57,842 bases of DNA from Gemmatimonadales bacterium. Its GTDB lineage: Bacteria > Gemmatimonadota > Gemmatimonadetes > Longimicrobiales > Gaopeijiaceae. Both the position numbers and the translations under genes were made by a program. Of this stretch, positions 1-8,800 are shown in pieces (the stretch's first letter is position 1; every line of letters starts with the position of its first letter). The notes below the pieces were generated by a model, which was not told the origin of the DNA, did no database searches, and saw only the letters and a program-made list of their open reading frames with translations. The stretch covers positions 1 through 57,842 of the forward strand of contig JBJHBX010000001.1 in the NCBI GenBank assembly GCA_050485725.1, written 5' to 3'.

Positions 1-156
1 CGGAAGACGTGGCCCGGGTTCCGCCGACGCCCAGGCCGGCCTGCCGAGGAGGCCCGTGCTGGCGGCGACACCGGCCACGGCCGCGCCTTTGATGAAGGTT
101 CGGCGAGAGAGATCCCTCTCGAAGGCGGATCGGGCCATCTGATCTTTACTGCGCAT
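1..156 (-). CDS. 5' end (52 codons) of a Tat-exported protein. The rest lies outside the window. A multicopper-oxidase role is only a guess from context.
   Basis: Reverse-strand translation from the ATG at 156-154 reads MRSKDQMARSAFERDLSRRTFIKGAAVAGVAASTGLLGRPAWA. It has a twin-arginine motif (SRRTFIKG) followed by a hydrophobic region. Confidence 0.55.
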   Translation of the reverse strand, partial: MRSKDQMARSAFERDLSRRTFIKGAAVAGVAASTGLLGRPAWASAEPGPRLP

Positions 157-220
157 CCTGACTGCTCCGGGGTGATCTGATTGCTCCTGGGAGGATTTAC
201 AGGAGATCGGGGTCGTTGGC

Positions 221-328
221 TTTACGCTGCGTCAAGAGGTAGGGTATCCCATCCCTTTACGCGCTGTCAAGGGGTGTTCGGGCAACCGCCGGCAGGTTCT
301 CCGCGGCCCTCTCTTGACGTGGCGTAAA
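221..328. promoter_or_regulatory. Three copies of a 17-bp imperfect palindrome, CTTTAC-N5-GTCAAG, in the divergent intergenic region. Putative BlaI/CopY-type operators.
   Basis: TTTACGCTGCGTCAAG at 221-236, TTTACGCGCTGTCAAG at 256-271, and the inverted copy CTTGACGTGGCGTAAA at 313-328. All three were read directly from the sequence. Confidence 0.5.
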
Positions 329-436
329 GGGGAGGGTAGCCTTAGCAGTGAAACGATCCGTCTTGTCCTCAGGAGTCCCGCGGGCGTTGCCCGTCGGGGA
401 ATGAGGAAGACAAGAAAGCACTCGGGGCATAGGGGG

Positions 437-907
437 ATGGCTTTGAACAAAAGGCCGATCCGTGCGGAGGCCGCTTCTGGTGAGCCGCGGCTTCACAGTT
501 CGGTACGTCTGGACGCTGAGGGCCTCGCCAAGGTCCTCGGTGATCTCGAGTTGCGTATCATGAAAATCGTATGGGCGATTGGCCGGCCGGCGACGAGCCG
601 CGAAGTCTTCGAGCGTGTCGTGGTGGAGCATGACGTGGCGATCCTGACCGTGGTTACCGTCATGAATCGGTTGGTGGGGAAGCGGTTGATGGTACGGGAG
701 AAGCGAGATGGACTCCTTCACTACGAACCGTCGATGAGCGAGGCGGAGCTGCACGAGTATGCCGCGCGCCGTCTCGTCCAGGGCATTCTCTCGCTCGGGA
801 GGTCCGCCATAGCGGTCTCGTTCGTAGACGCCCTGGCTGAGCAGGATCCCGAGCAGCTTGCCGAGTTGGAGCGCATAGTCCAGCATCGGCTGCGGGGAGA
901 AGGGTAG
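437..907 (+). CDS. BlaI/MecI/CopY-family winged-helix transcriptional repressor
   Basis: The segment LGDLELRIMKIVWAIGRPATSREVFERVVVEHDVAILTVVTVMNRLVGKRLMVREKRDGLLHYEP is typical of the penicillinase-repressor family. The ORF is open from 314, and the ATG at 437 was chosen. The stop overlaps the next gene's start (TAGTG). The start position is uncertain. Confidence 0.8.
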   Translation: MALNKRPIRAEAASGEPRLHSSVRLDAEGLAKVLGDLELRIMKIVWAIGRPATSREVFERVVVEHDVAILTVVTVMNRLVGKRLMVREKRDGLLHYEPSMSEAELHEYAARRLVQGILSLGRSAIAVSFVDALAEQDPEQLAELERIVQHRLRGEG

Positions 908-1944
908 TGGTGCGCGGAGACGGACGAGCCTGGCACTCCCGTCTCGCGAACCTTGAGCGGACGCGTCGGCAAGCGATCACGCTTGCAATCGCAGTGATCG
1001 TGGTCGCGGCGCTGAGTCCTGTCCTCAGTCATCACCTGCTTCCCGTCAGTGAGGCCGCGATCGAAAGCGGCCACCTCATTGCCCTCTGTGTAGTTGCACT
1101 TCGGGCCTTGATGGCGCCACTCCACGAGATCTTTCACGCCCTTCTCTGGGGTGGGCTCATATACGCGCTGTGGGATCGAGTGCGAGCCTGGCGGCTTGGG
1201 CGGCGAGAAATGTCGCTTCTCGCAGTTCACGAAGTCGGTTCCAGGGATGCGCTACGGCAGGCAGCCGAAACCGCAGGAATCGACCCCGCGCGAGTGCGGG
1301 CCGTGTCAGGTCTTCCGGGCGCGGCTCTTACGATCGGTTGGTGGAAACCTCTGATTTATGTTTCCCACGAAACAGTGGAGCGCCTTAATCACGGTCAACT
1401 CGTGGCCGTGCTAGCGCACGAGGGCGCGCACCTCCGTCGCCGGGATCCGCTTCGCATCTCGATCCTTCGTTTTCTTTCCTGCCTGTTTTTCTGGCTTCCG
1501 GCGCTCCGTCAACTCGGCGACGATCTCGCCGACGAGATCGAGATCATCGCCGACGACGAGGCTGCCGCAAGACAGCCGTTGGTGCTGGCGTCGGCGCTCG
1601 TCGAGGTGGCCAAGTTCGGGCGGCAGCCCCTGCCACAGACCGCGGTAGGATTCAACGACCGGCCACTCTTCGACAGGCGTGTGCGACGTCTCATCGGGGA
1701 AGCTCCCGTGCCGCGCAGCCGCCTCACGCGCCGCTCCGTGGCGGGAGGGGCGCTCGTGCTTTTTCTTGTCATGACCTCGGGCATCGTGGTCGCCACGGTC
1801 TCTCCGACCGGCCCGATGTCACATTATGCCGAGCACTGTGAAAACCACGACCTGCCGGTGATCGGTCACCTCCTCTGTCTTCTTGATCGACCCGATCGGA
1901 TGACCGACGATCGCCTTCACCAAACTCACCCGTCCTCCATCTGA
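907..1944 (+). CDS. M56 (BlaR1/MecR1-like) membrane metalloprotease signal transducer. It lacks a penicillin-binding sensor domain and has a His/Cys-rich C-terminal tail.
   Basis: HExxH motif in LAHEGAHLRRRD, several hydrophobic segments, and a tail reading SHYAEHCENHDLPVIGHLLCLL...HQTH. The GTG start overlaps the stop of the repressor gene. Confidence 0.8.
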   Translation: MVRGDGRAWHSRLANLERTRRQAITLAIAVIVVAALSPVLSHHLLPVSEAAIESGHLIALCVVALRALMAPLHEIFHALLWGGLIYALWDRVRAWRLGRREMSLLAVHEVGSRDALRQAAETAGIDPARVRAVSGLPGAALTIGWWKPLIYVSHETVERLNHGQLVAVLAHEGAHLRRRDPLRISILRFLSCLFFWLPALRQLGDDLADEIEIIADDEAAARQPLVLASALVEVAKFGRQPLPQTAVGFNDRPLFDRRVRRLIGEAPVPRSRLTRRSVAGGALVLFLVMTSGIVVATVSPTGPMSHYAEHCENHDLPVIGHLLCLLDRPDRMTDDRLHQTHPSSI

Positions 1945-1952
1945 TCCGATGA

Positions 1953-1986
1953 ATTCGTTCGACCTGAATCGGGGATTCGTTCGACC
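1953..1986. repeat. 12-nt direct repeat ATTCGTTCGACC, two copies 22 nt apart, upstream of the efflux operon
   Basis: Identical 12-mers at 1953-1964 and 1975-1986. Confidence 0.6.
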
Positions 1987-1991
1987 GTATG

Positions 1992-2008
1992 CTTTACGCA
2001 TTGTAAAG
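1992..2008. promoter_or_regulatory. Fourth copy of the operator-like box, here a perfect palindrome CTTTAC-N5-GTAAAG, upstream of the cusC-like gene
   Basis: CTTTACGCATTGTAAAG at 1992-2008. It has the same half-sites and spacing as the boxes at 221-328. Confidence 0.45.
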
Positions 2009-2111
2009 CTACCGGGCGCATCCCTCCTCCGGCTGAAACGAGCTCTACCCGGTTCACGGGCACCGATGGAGAGAACATGCGCACTTCCTTCATGACAAGG
2101 CGGATAGGAGT

Positions 2112-2415
2112 ATGGTAGGCCTTCGCGGTATGCGGCGCGTCTTCGCGATAGCCCTTTGGCTCGCCGTTCCGACAACCCCGGGCATCGCCCAGACGCTACC
2201 TGAGCTACCCTCGCCGCTCGGTCTCAGCGATGTGATTCGGTTGGCCGGCGAGCGTAGAGACGAGATCGAGGTCGCCCGAGCACGCACCCGCGCCGGCGAA
2301 GCCCTGCCGGCCATCGTGTCCGGCCTTGAGGATCCGATGCTCTCCCCGTCCATCGACCACTATCCGTTCATGATGGGCGGCGCGGACTACAGCCTCACCA
2401 TCGAACAGCAGATTC
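2112..2415 (+). pseudogene. cusC: N-terminal fragment of a TolC/CusC/CzcC-family outer-membrane efflux protein, interrupted by an IS element
   Basis: Signal-peptide-like MRRVFAIALWLAVPTTPGIAQ, followed by OMF-like sequence. The frame runs into the IS and stops at 2423. It continues in frame at 3652 once the IS and one TSD copy are removed (IEQQ-IPLSRL). Confidence 0.8.
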
Positions 2416-2441
2416 GGTGGTGACCCCCGACTCTGATCCAG

Positions 2442-3340
2442 TCAGAACGAGACACCGGGGTTGATCTGGAGGGGGGTGGTCGTCCACCCCTCCGGCTTCT
2501 CCTCACCTTCCTCTTCCCTCCCGAACTCCGTGGGAGTCAGCCGCCCGAGGGAACTGTGGGGGCGCAGGGTGTTGTAGCTCCCCCGCCATCCCTCGATGGT
2601 CCGGCGAGCATCGTCCAGAGACAGGAACCAGTGCTGGTTGAGGCACTCGTCCCGGAGCGTCCCGTTGAACCGTTCCACGAAGCAGTTGTCCACCGGCTTG
2701 CCCGGGCGGATGAACTCGACGGTGACCCCCCTGGAGTAGGCCCAGGCGTCGAAGGCCCGGCTCGTGAACTCGGGGCCGTTGTCCACCACCAGGACCTTCG
2801 GAAGGCCGCGGTCCTCCCGCAGCCGCTCCAGCACTTGAATGACCCCGATGGAGGGGATCGAGTGGGCCACATGGACCGCCAGGCTCTCGCGGCTGAATTC
2901 GTCCACCACCGTCAGGCACCGGAACGGACGGCCGGAGCTCAGGGTGTCGGCCACGAAGTCCATGCTCCACCGCTCGTTCACCGCTCCCAGGGGCTGCCGC
3001 TCCAGCCGGGGTCGCTGGCTTCGCCGTCGCTTCCCCTTCCGGCGCACCGCGAGGCCCTCCTCCCGGTACATCCGCTGAACCCGCTTCCGGTTCACCGGCC
3101 AGCCTTCCCGCACCAGAAGGCTGTGGATCATCCGGTAACCCCACCGGACATGCTGGCCGGCCAGCTCCTTGATCCGCTCCCTCAGCTCCACCTGGGGCGA
3201 CTTCAGGGTCCGGTACCGCATCGTCGACCTCGGAAACCCGGTCCACCGGATCGCCCGGCGCTCCGACACTCCCCACACGGCTCGCACCTGCCCGACGGCC
3301 CGGCGCCGCTCCCGGGGCGTCACGACCCTTTTCCCAGAAG
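2442..3340 (-). CDS. IS3-family transposase OrfB (DDE/rve integrase core). Probably made as an OrfAB fusion by a -1 frameshift at GGGAAAAGG (3335-3327).
   Basis: WSMDFVADTL...VVDNGPEFTS...NCFVERFNGTLRDECL is a typical rve domain. A -1 slip at GGGAAAAG joins ...LLGK to RVVTPRERRRAVGQ, as read from the sequence. Confidence 0.85.
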
Positions 3341-3586
3341 GTCCTTCAGCACCTGGAGGTTCAAGGCCTGGTCCGCCACCAGGCGCTTCAGTTGCCGATT
3401 CTCCTCCTCCAGCCCCTTCAGACGCCGCGCGTCCCCCACCTCCATGCCCCCGTACTTCCTCCGCCACCGATAGAACGTCTCCCGGCTGATCCCCTCCCGC
3501 CGGCAGATGTCCTTCACCTCCGCCCCAGACTCCGCCTCCCGGAGCATCCGGATGATCTGCTCCTCCGTGTACCGACTCCTTCGCAT
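3320..3586 (-). CDS. IS3-family transposase OrfA (HTH)
   Basis: MRRSRYTEEQIIRMLREAESGAEVKDICRREGISRETFYRWRRKYGGM followed by a leucine-zipper-like tail. GGAGGAGG lies upstream of the ATG at 3586. Confidence 0.85.
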   Translation of the reverse strand: MRRSRYTEEQIIRMLREAESGAEVKDICRREGISRETFYRWRRKYGGMEVGDARRLKGLEEENRQLKRLVADQALNLQVLKDLLGKGS

Positions 3587-3651
3587 GGACTCCTCCTCCG
3601 CGTACGCTGGGAGTCCCATTCTAGCCGGGTCAGGGTCCGGGGGTCACCACC

Positions 3652-4614
3652 ATTCCCCTGTCGAGGCTTCGCCGGAACCGCCGTGATTCGGCGCTCGCGG
3701 ACGTCGATCGGCTGCGCGCCGGGGTCGATCAGGCCGTTCTCGATGTCGGTGAGCAGGCCGCTGAAGCCTTTCTCATGCTGCACGAGCGCCGCCGCACCCA
3801 GGCCCTCGTCGCCGACCAACTCACCTTCGCGGGGGATGTCGTGTCGGCGGCCAACGCACGCTACGCCAGCGGTACCGCACCGCAGTCCGATGTCCTCCGA
3901 GCCGAGTTGGAAGTAGCGCGTCTCGAAGCCTTCGCGCGTACGCTCGTCCATGAGGTGCGGGGTGCGGAGGCGATGCTGATGGTCAGCCTCGCGATGGACG
4001 TCGACCAACCCGTGCCGGAGCTCGCTCAGATGGAGTTCGCGGTACCCGTGCCGACATGGGCGACCATCAGCGATGCCCTTCCCGGGCGTCCCGAGTTGGC
4101 CGCGGGACGGGCCGAGGTCGCGAGAGCCGAAGCGGAGATCGCCGTGATGCGTGACATGTTCCGGCCAATGATCCTGATCCGGACCGGCCCCGCTTCCACG
4201 ATGGCGGAAGGCCGTGGCTGGATGGCGATGATTGGTATCAGCCTCCCGATCTGGCGGGGAAGGCTACGCGCCGGCGTGGAGGAAGCGCGAGCCATGTACG
4301 CGATGTCGGAGGCCGATCTGCGAGCGATGACACGTATGATCGAAGGCGACGCGGCGGTGGCCTTGAGCCGGCTCCAGGCGGCCTGGGATCGGCAAGCGGC
4401 GATCGCGTCCGATGTGCTCCCACGTGCGCGAATGGCCATGGATCCCGCGGTCGCCGGATACGCATCGGGGCAGCTACCGCTCATCAGCGTGATCGAAACG
4501 GTCCAGGCGCTCTGGCTCGTACAGGCGGATCTGATCGCGGCCGAAACCGAACTCGGCCTGGCGTGGACACGCCTCGGTCGTGCCGCCGGATCCTACGCGG
4601 AGATCTTCCGATGA
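3652..4614 (+). pseudogene. cusC: C-terminal part of the same IS-disrupted outer-membrane efflux protein gene
   Basis: The in-frame translation IPLSRLRRNRRDSALADVDRL...YASGTAPQSDVLRAELEVARLE is OMF-like. The stop overlaps the next gene's start (ATGA at 4611-4614). Confidence 0.8.
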
Positions 4615-5849
4615 CACTCGACATCACGTTTCGGCACATTCGGGCACCCCTGATTTCGGCTGCCGTCACTACCGCCGTCCTGGTCGCGGCGCTGTGGATC
4701 CAGCATGCTCGCCAGGGGTGGCCCTTCGGATCACCGGAACGGCAGATCACATCCGCGACGGTGTCACATGAAGGGATGCAGGAGGACGAATCACAGCCTG
4801 AACGCGTGCCCATCGAGGTCGCGCCGGAAACACAGCAGGCACTCGGCATCCGGATGGAGGTCGTCGGCCTACAGACCCTGACGCAGACCATTCAGGCCCC
4901 GGCAACCGTCGTACCGGACGAATCGCGGATCTCGCGTGTGCACACGCGAGTCGCCGGCTGGGTCGAGCAACTCGATGTGAGTACCACCGGTGAGACAGTG
5001 CGGAGCGGACAGCCGCTCGCGCGGATCTTCTCGCAGGAGCTGCTTTCATCACAGACGGAGTACCTCGCAGCACGGCGAGCCACGACCGATGCGGGCATCA
5101 CGAGTGCCGTCGTTGCGAGCGGGCGCGTACGCCTCTCCGTGCTCGGCATGTCCGCTGACGAGATCGACGCCATCGAACGGACCGGCGAACCGATCAGCCT
5201 CGTGACGGTGACGGCGCCGCGGAGTGGCGTGGTCATCAACCAGGGCGTTACGGTGGGAACCGCGGTCGATCCATCCACTCCTCTGATCACCGTGGCCGAT
5301 CTGTCGTCGGTGTGGGTGTTCGCGGAGGTTCCCGAAGGCAGTGTCGGCGCGGTGAGGCTCGGTACCACCACGCGTCTGGACTTCCCGGCTTCCGGACGAG
5401 CACCCTTTACCGGACGGATGGACTTCCTCTATCCGACGCTGACGGAACGCACGCGCACGCTCCGCGTCCGGTTCAGCGTCGCGAATTCGGACGGCATGTT
5501 GCGCCCCGGCCTGTACGGCACAGCCATGTTCGAGGCGGAAGGGATCCAGGCGATCACGGTCCCGCGGGATGCGATTGTCGACACGGGGCGGCAGCAGCAT
5601 GTCTTCGTCGCCGTCGACGACGTCTTCGAGCCACGCCTCGTCACCCTTGGAGTACGGCTCGCGGACCGCGTGGAGATCCGTTCGGGGCTTGAGGAGGGGG
5701 AACGGATCGTGGCGTCGGGCGTGTTCCTGCTCGACTCCGAAAGCCGCCTGCGCGCCACCGGCGGAGGGGTGGGCCACGCTCATGGCGCGACCCCGGCCTC
5801 CGAGAGTCCGCCTCCGTCCGCCGACCCCCACGCGGGTCACCGGGAGTAG
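4611..5849 (+). CDS. cusB: RND efflux periplasmic adaptor (membrane fusion protein, CusB/CzcB family) with a His-rich C-terminal tail
   Basis: N-terminal TM segment, beta-barrel/lipoyl-like MFP sequence (VHTRVAGWVEQL..., RLDFPASGRAPFTGRMDFLYP) and a tail reading GHAHGATP...PHAGHRE. The start was chosen at the ATGA overlap. Confidence 0.85.
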   Translation: MTLDITFRHIRAPLISAAVTTAVLVAALWIQHARQGWPFGSPERQITSATVSHEGMQEDESQPERVPIEVAPETQQALGIRMEVVGLQTLTQTIQAPATVVPDESRISRVHTRVAGWVEQLDVSTTGETVRSGQPLARIFSQELLSSQTEYLAARRATTDAGITSAVVASGRVRLSVLGMSADEIDAIERTGEPISLVTVTAPRSGVVINQGVTVGTAVDPSTPLITVADLSSVWVFAEVPEGSVGAVRLGTTTRLDFPASGRAPFTGRMDFLYPTLTERTRTLRVRFSVANSDGMLRPGLYGTAMFEAEGIQAITVPRDAIVDTGRQQHVFVAVDDVFEPRLVTLGVRLADRVEIRSGLEEGERIVASGVFLLDSESRLRATGGGVGHAHGATPASESPPPSADPHAGHRE

Positions 5850-5855
5850 ACGATC

Positions 5856-8800
5856 ATGGTCGATCGCATCATCGAGCTGTCGACCCGGCACCTCTGGGTC
5901 ACGATCGGCGTCGCGCTCCTGGCCGCACTGTGGGCGATCGACTCCGTTCGCAAGACACCCCTCGACGCGCTGCCGGACATCTCCGATCCACAGGTCATCG
6001 TCTTCACCGAATGGATGGGGAGAAGTCCCGATCTCGTCGAGGATCAGGTCACCTATCCGCTCGTGCAAGCGCTCCAGAGCACGCCGGGGGTCGTTGCGGT
6101 CCGCGGCTACTCGATGTTCGGCATGAGCTTCGCCTATCTGCTCTTCGATGAGGGAACCGACATCTACTGGGCGCGCACGCGGGTGCTCGAACAAATGGGG
6201 CGCGTGCAGCAACTCCTGCCGTCGGACGCCACGACGTCGCTCGGCCCCGACGCAAGCGGCGTTGGATGGGTCTACCAGTACGTACTGCGGGACACCAGTG
6301 GCCGCATGGATCTGGCGGAACTCAGGGCATTGCAGGACTTCACCGTGCGTCCGGCCTTGCAGGCCGTCACGGGCGTCTCGGAAGTCGCCTCCCTGGGGGG
6401 CTTCGAACGTCAGTATCAGATCCTGATCGATCCCGAACGCATGGTGAGCTTCGGGCTCACGCTGGGTGATCTGACTCGGTCCGTGCGCGATGCCAATGCC
6501 GAGGTGGGTGCACGGGTGCTGGAGCTGGCCGGCCGTGAATATGTGCTGAGAGGTCGTGGCTACGTCACGGAGTTGGCCGACCTCGAGCGGAGCGTCGTCA
6601 CAGTGGGACCCGGCGGCGTGCCGGTTCGGCTCGGAGATGTCGCACGAGTCCAGCACGGTCCGGAGATCCGCCGAGGAGCGGCCGACTACAATGGGACCGG
6701 CGAAGCGGTGGGCGGCATCGTGGTGATGCGTATCGGTTCGAACGCGCTCGAAGTCATCCGGGCGCTCGAGGACCAGATCGCAGTGCTTCGCCTACCGGAC
6801 GGCGTCGAATTCATCCCCACCTATGATCGATCGGAGCTGATCATCGGCTCGGTGGAAACGCTGCGGAACACACTCGTCCAGCAGGCGATCATCGTCACCA
6901 TCATCTGTCTGGTCTTCCTCTTCCACGTGCGCTCGGCGCTCGTGATCATGATCGTGCTGCCGCTGTCGGTGCTGTTGTCGTTCATCGGCATACGGTATCT
7001 CGGCCTCACGACGAACATCATGTCCCTCGGTGGAATCGCAATCGCCATCGTGGAGCTGTCCGACGCTTCCATCGTGCTCATGGAGAACGCGCACGTTCGA
7101 TTGGCGGCCGCGCGATCTACCGCCGATCGGAAGCGGATCATCGTGGACGCGTGCAAGGAGGTCGGGCGGCCGATCTTCTTCTCGGTGATCCTGGTCGCGG
7201 TCTCGTTCCTTCCCGTCTTCACGATGGCCGGTCAGGCGGGCCGACTGTTCACGCCTCTCGCCTATACGAAAACCTTCGCGATGCTCGCGGCGGCGATCCT
7301 GTCCATCACGCTGGCGCCGGCTCTGATGGTGCTTCTGCTCCGCGGGCGCTTCCGCACCGAGGCCGAGAATCCGGTAGGCCGGATCCTCGTCGCGCTGTAC
7401 CGTCCCGTGGCCGAGTTCGTCGTGCGCATGCGGTGGCTCGCCGCCGGGCTCACGCTCGTCGCCATCCTCGTCACGGTTCCGGTGTTCCAGCGGCTCGGCT
7501 CGGAGTTCATGCCGCCTCTCGATGAGGGCACGCTGCTCGTGATGCCCACGACCTTTCCGGGGATCTCCATCGAAGAGGCGCGTCGCGCTCTCATCGCGCA
7601 GGATCGCATTATCATGCAGTTTCCCGAAGTCCACTCCGTGCACGGGAAGGTGGGCCGCGCGGAGACGGCTACGGATCCGGCGCAGCTCGACATGATCGAA
7701 TCGGTCATCATGTTGCGCTCTCGCGATGAGTGGCCGACCCGCGATACACCACGTTGGTATAGTGAACGCGCCCCGGAATGGACCAAACGCGCCGTGCTCC
7801 GGCGGGTCTGGCCGGAACAGCGGGCGCGCACGCTGGACGAGCTCTCCCGGGATATGGACGTGGCGCTCCAGATGCCCGGCTATCAGATGGCCATCGCCCC
7901 TCCCATTCGTACCCGGATCGACATGCTGACGACCGGTGTGAGGACACCGGTGGGCGTGAAGGTATTCGGCGACGACCTGGAGCAGATCGAGCATATCAGC
8001 GTGATGCTCGAAGGAATGCTCCGGCAGGTTCCGGGCACCCGGAGCACGTTCGCCGAACGGCAGACAGGGCGCGAGTACGTGGACATCGTGCCGAACCGTG
8101 AGGCCATCGCCCGCTATGGCCTGACCGTGCGTGACGTGCAGGATTTCGTCGAGGTGGCGATCGGTGGCATGCCGGTCTCGACGGCGATCGCCGGCCGGTC
8201 CCGCTTCTCCATCAACCTCCGCGTGGCGGCCGACTGGCGCTCCGATCCCGAAGCGCTGCTCACGCTGCTCGTTCCCGTTCCCTCCAGCGGTGATCTGATC
8301 ACCGCTGGAGGCGGGAACATCGGGGCGGGAGCCAGCCCCCAGCGGGGCGGCATGACCGGAGCCGCCAGCGTCGCCGGCGGGATGGGTGGTGATGGGGGAA
8401 TGGCCGGAATGGGAGGCGGAGGCGGTGCGGGGGCACCGGCGGGGATGGGCACGATGGGCGGAGTGCCGGCGAATGCAATGTCTCCGTCGATGGGGGGCGC
8501 GGCGGCCGCCACTCCTGACTTCATGGAACAGTGGCGTCAGCCCGGCGCCGCGGTACCGCTGGGGTATCTCGCTGATGTGCGGGTCACGACCGGACCTCCG
8601 ATGATTCGGAACGAGAACGGTGTTCTCGTGGGATACGTCTATGGCGATATCGACCAGTCACAGCGCGATCTGGGAGGTTGGGTAGACGACGCCAAGGTAC
8701 TCGTGGACGAGCAACTGGACCTGCCTCCCGGCTACCGCCTGGAGTGGACCGGGCAGTATGAGTATCTCGCCGAAATGCAGGAGCGCCTCCGATACGTCAT

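Larger units (their letters stand above)
2416..3651 (-). mobile_element. IS3-family insertion sequence (IS407-group-like), 1236 bp, with terminal inverted repeats and a 4-bp target-site duplication (ATTC)
   Basis: The left end reads GGTGGTGACCCCCGAC. The reverse complement of the right end reads GGTGGTGACCCCCGGAC. ATTC is present at both 2412-2415 and 3652-3655. The element has orfA and orfB with a frameshift site. Confidence 0.9.

Noticed and set aside
5049-6656. A 535-aa minus-strand ORF. Similar long ORFs lie at 6792-7994 (-), 12415-13995 (-), 12480-14111 (+), 13871-15880 (+) and 16854-18452 (+).
   Set aside because: They lie antisense or out of frame inside RND-pump and ATPase genes that have clear signatures. 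Their translations are Arg/Gly/Pro/His-rich low-complexity sequence, typical of shadow ORFs in high-GC DNA.
8330-8520. The repetitive GGC/ATG-rich DNA considered as a tandem repeat or CRISPR-like array.
   Set aside because: It has no regular repeat-spacer periodicity. It is in frame within the pump gene and encodes the Gly/Met-rich loop.
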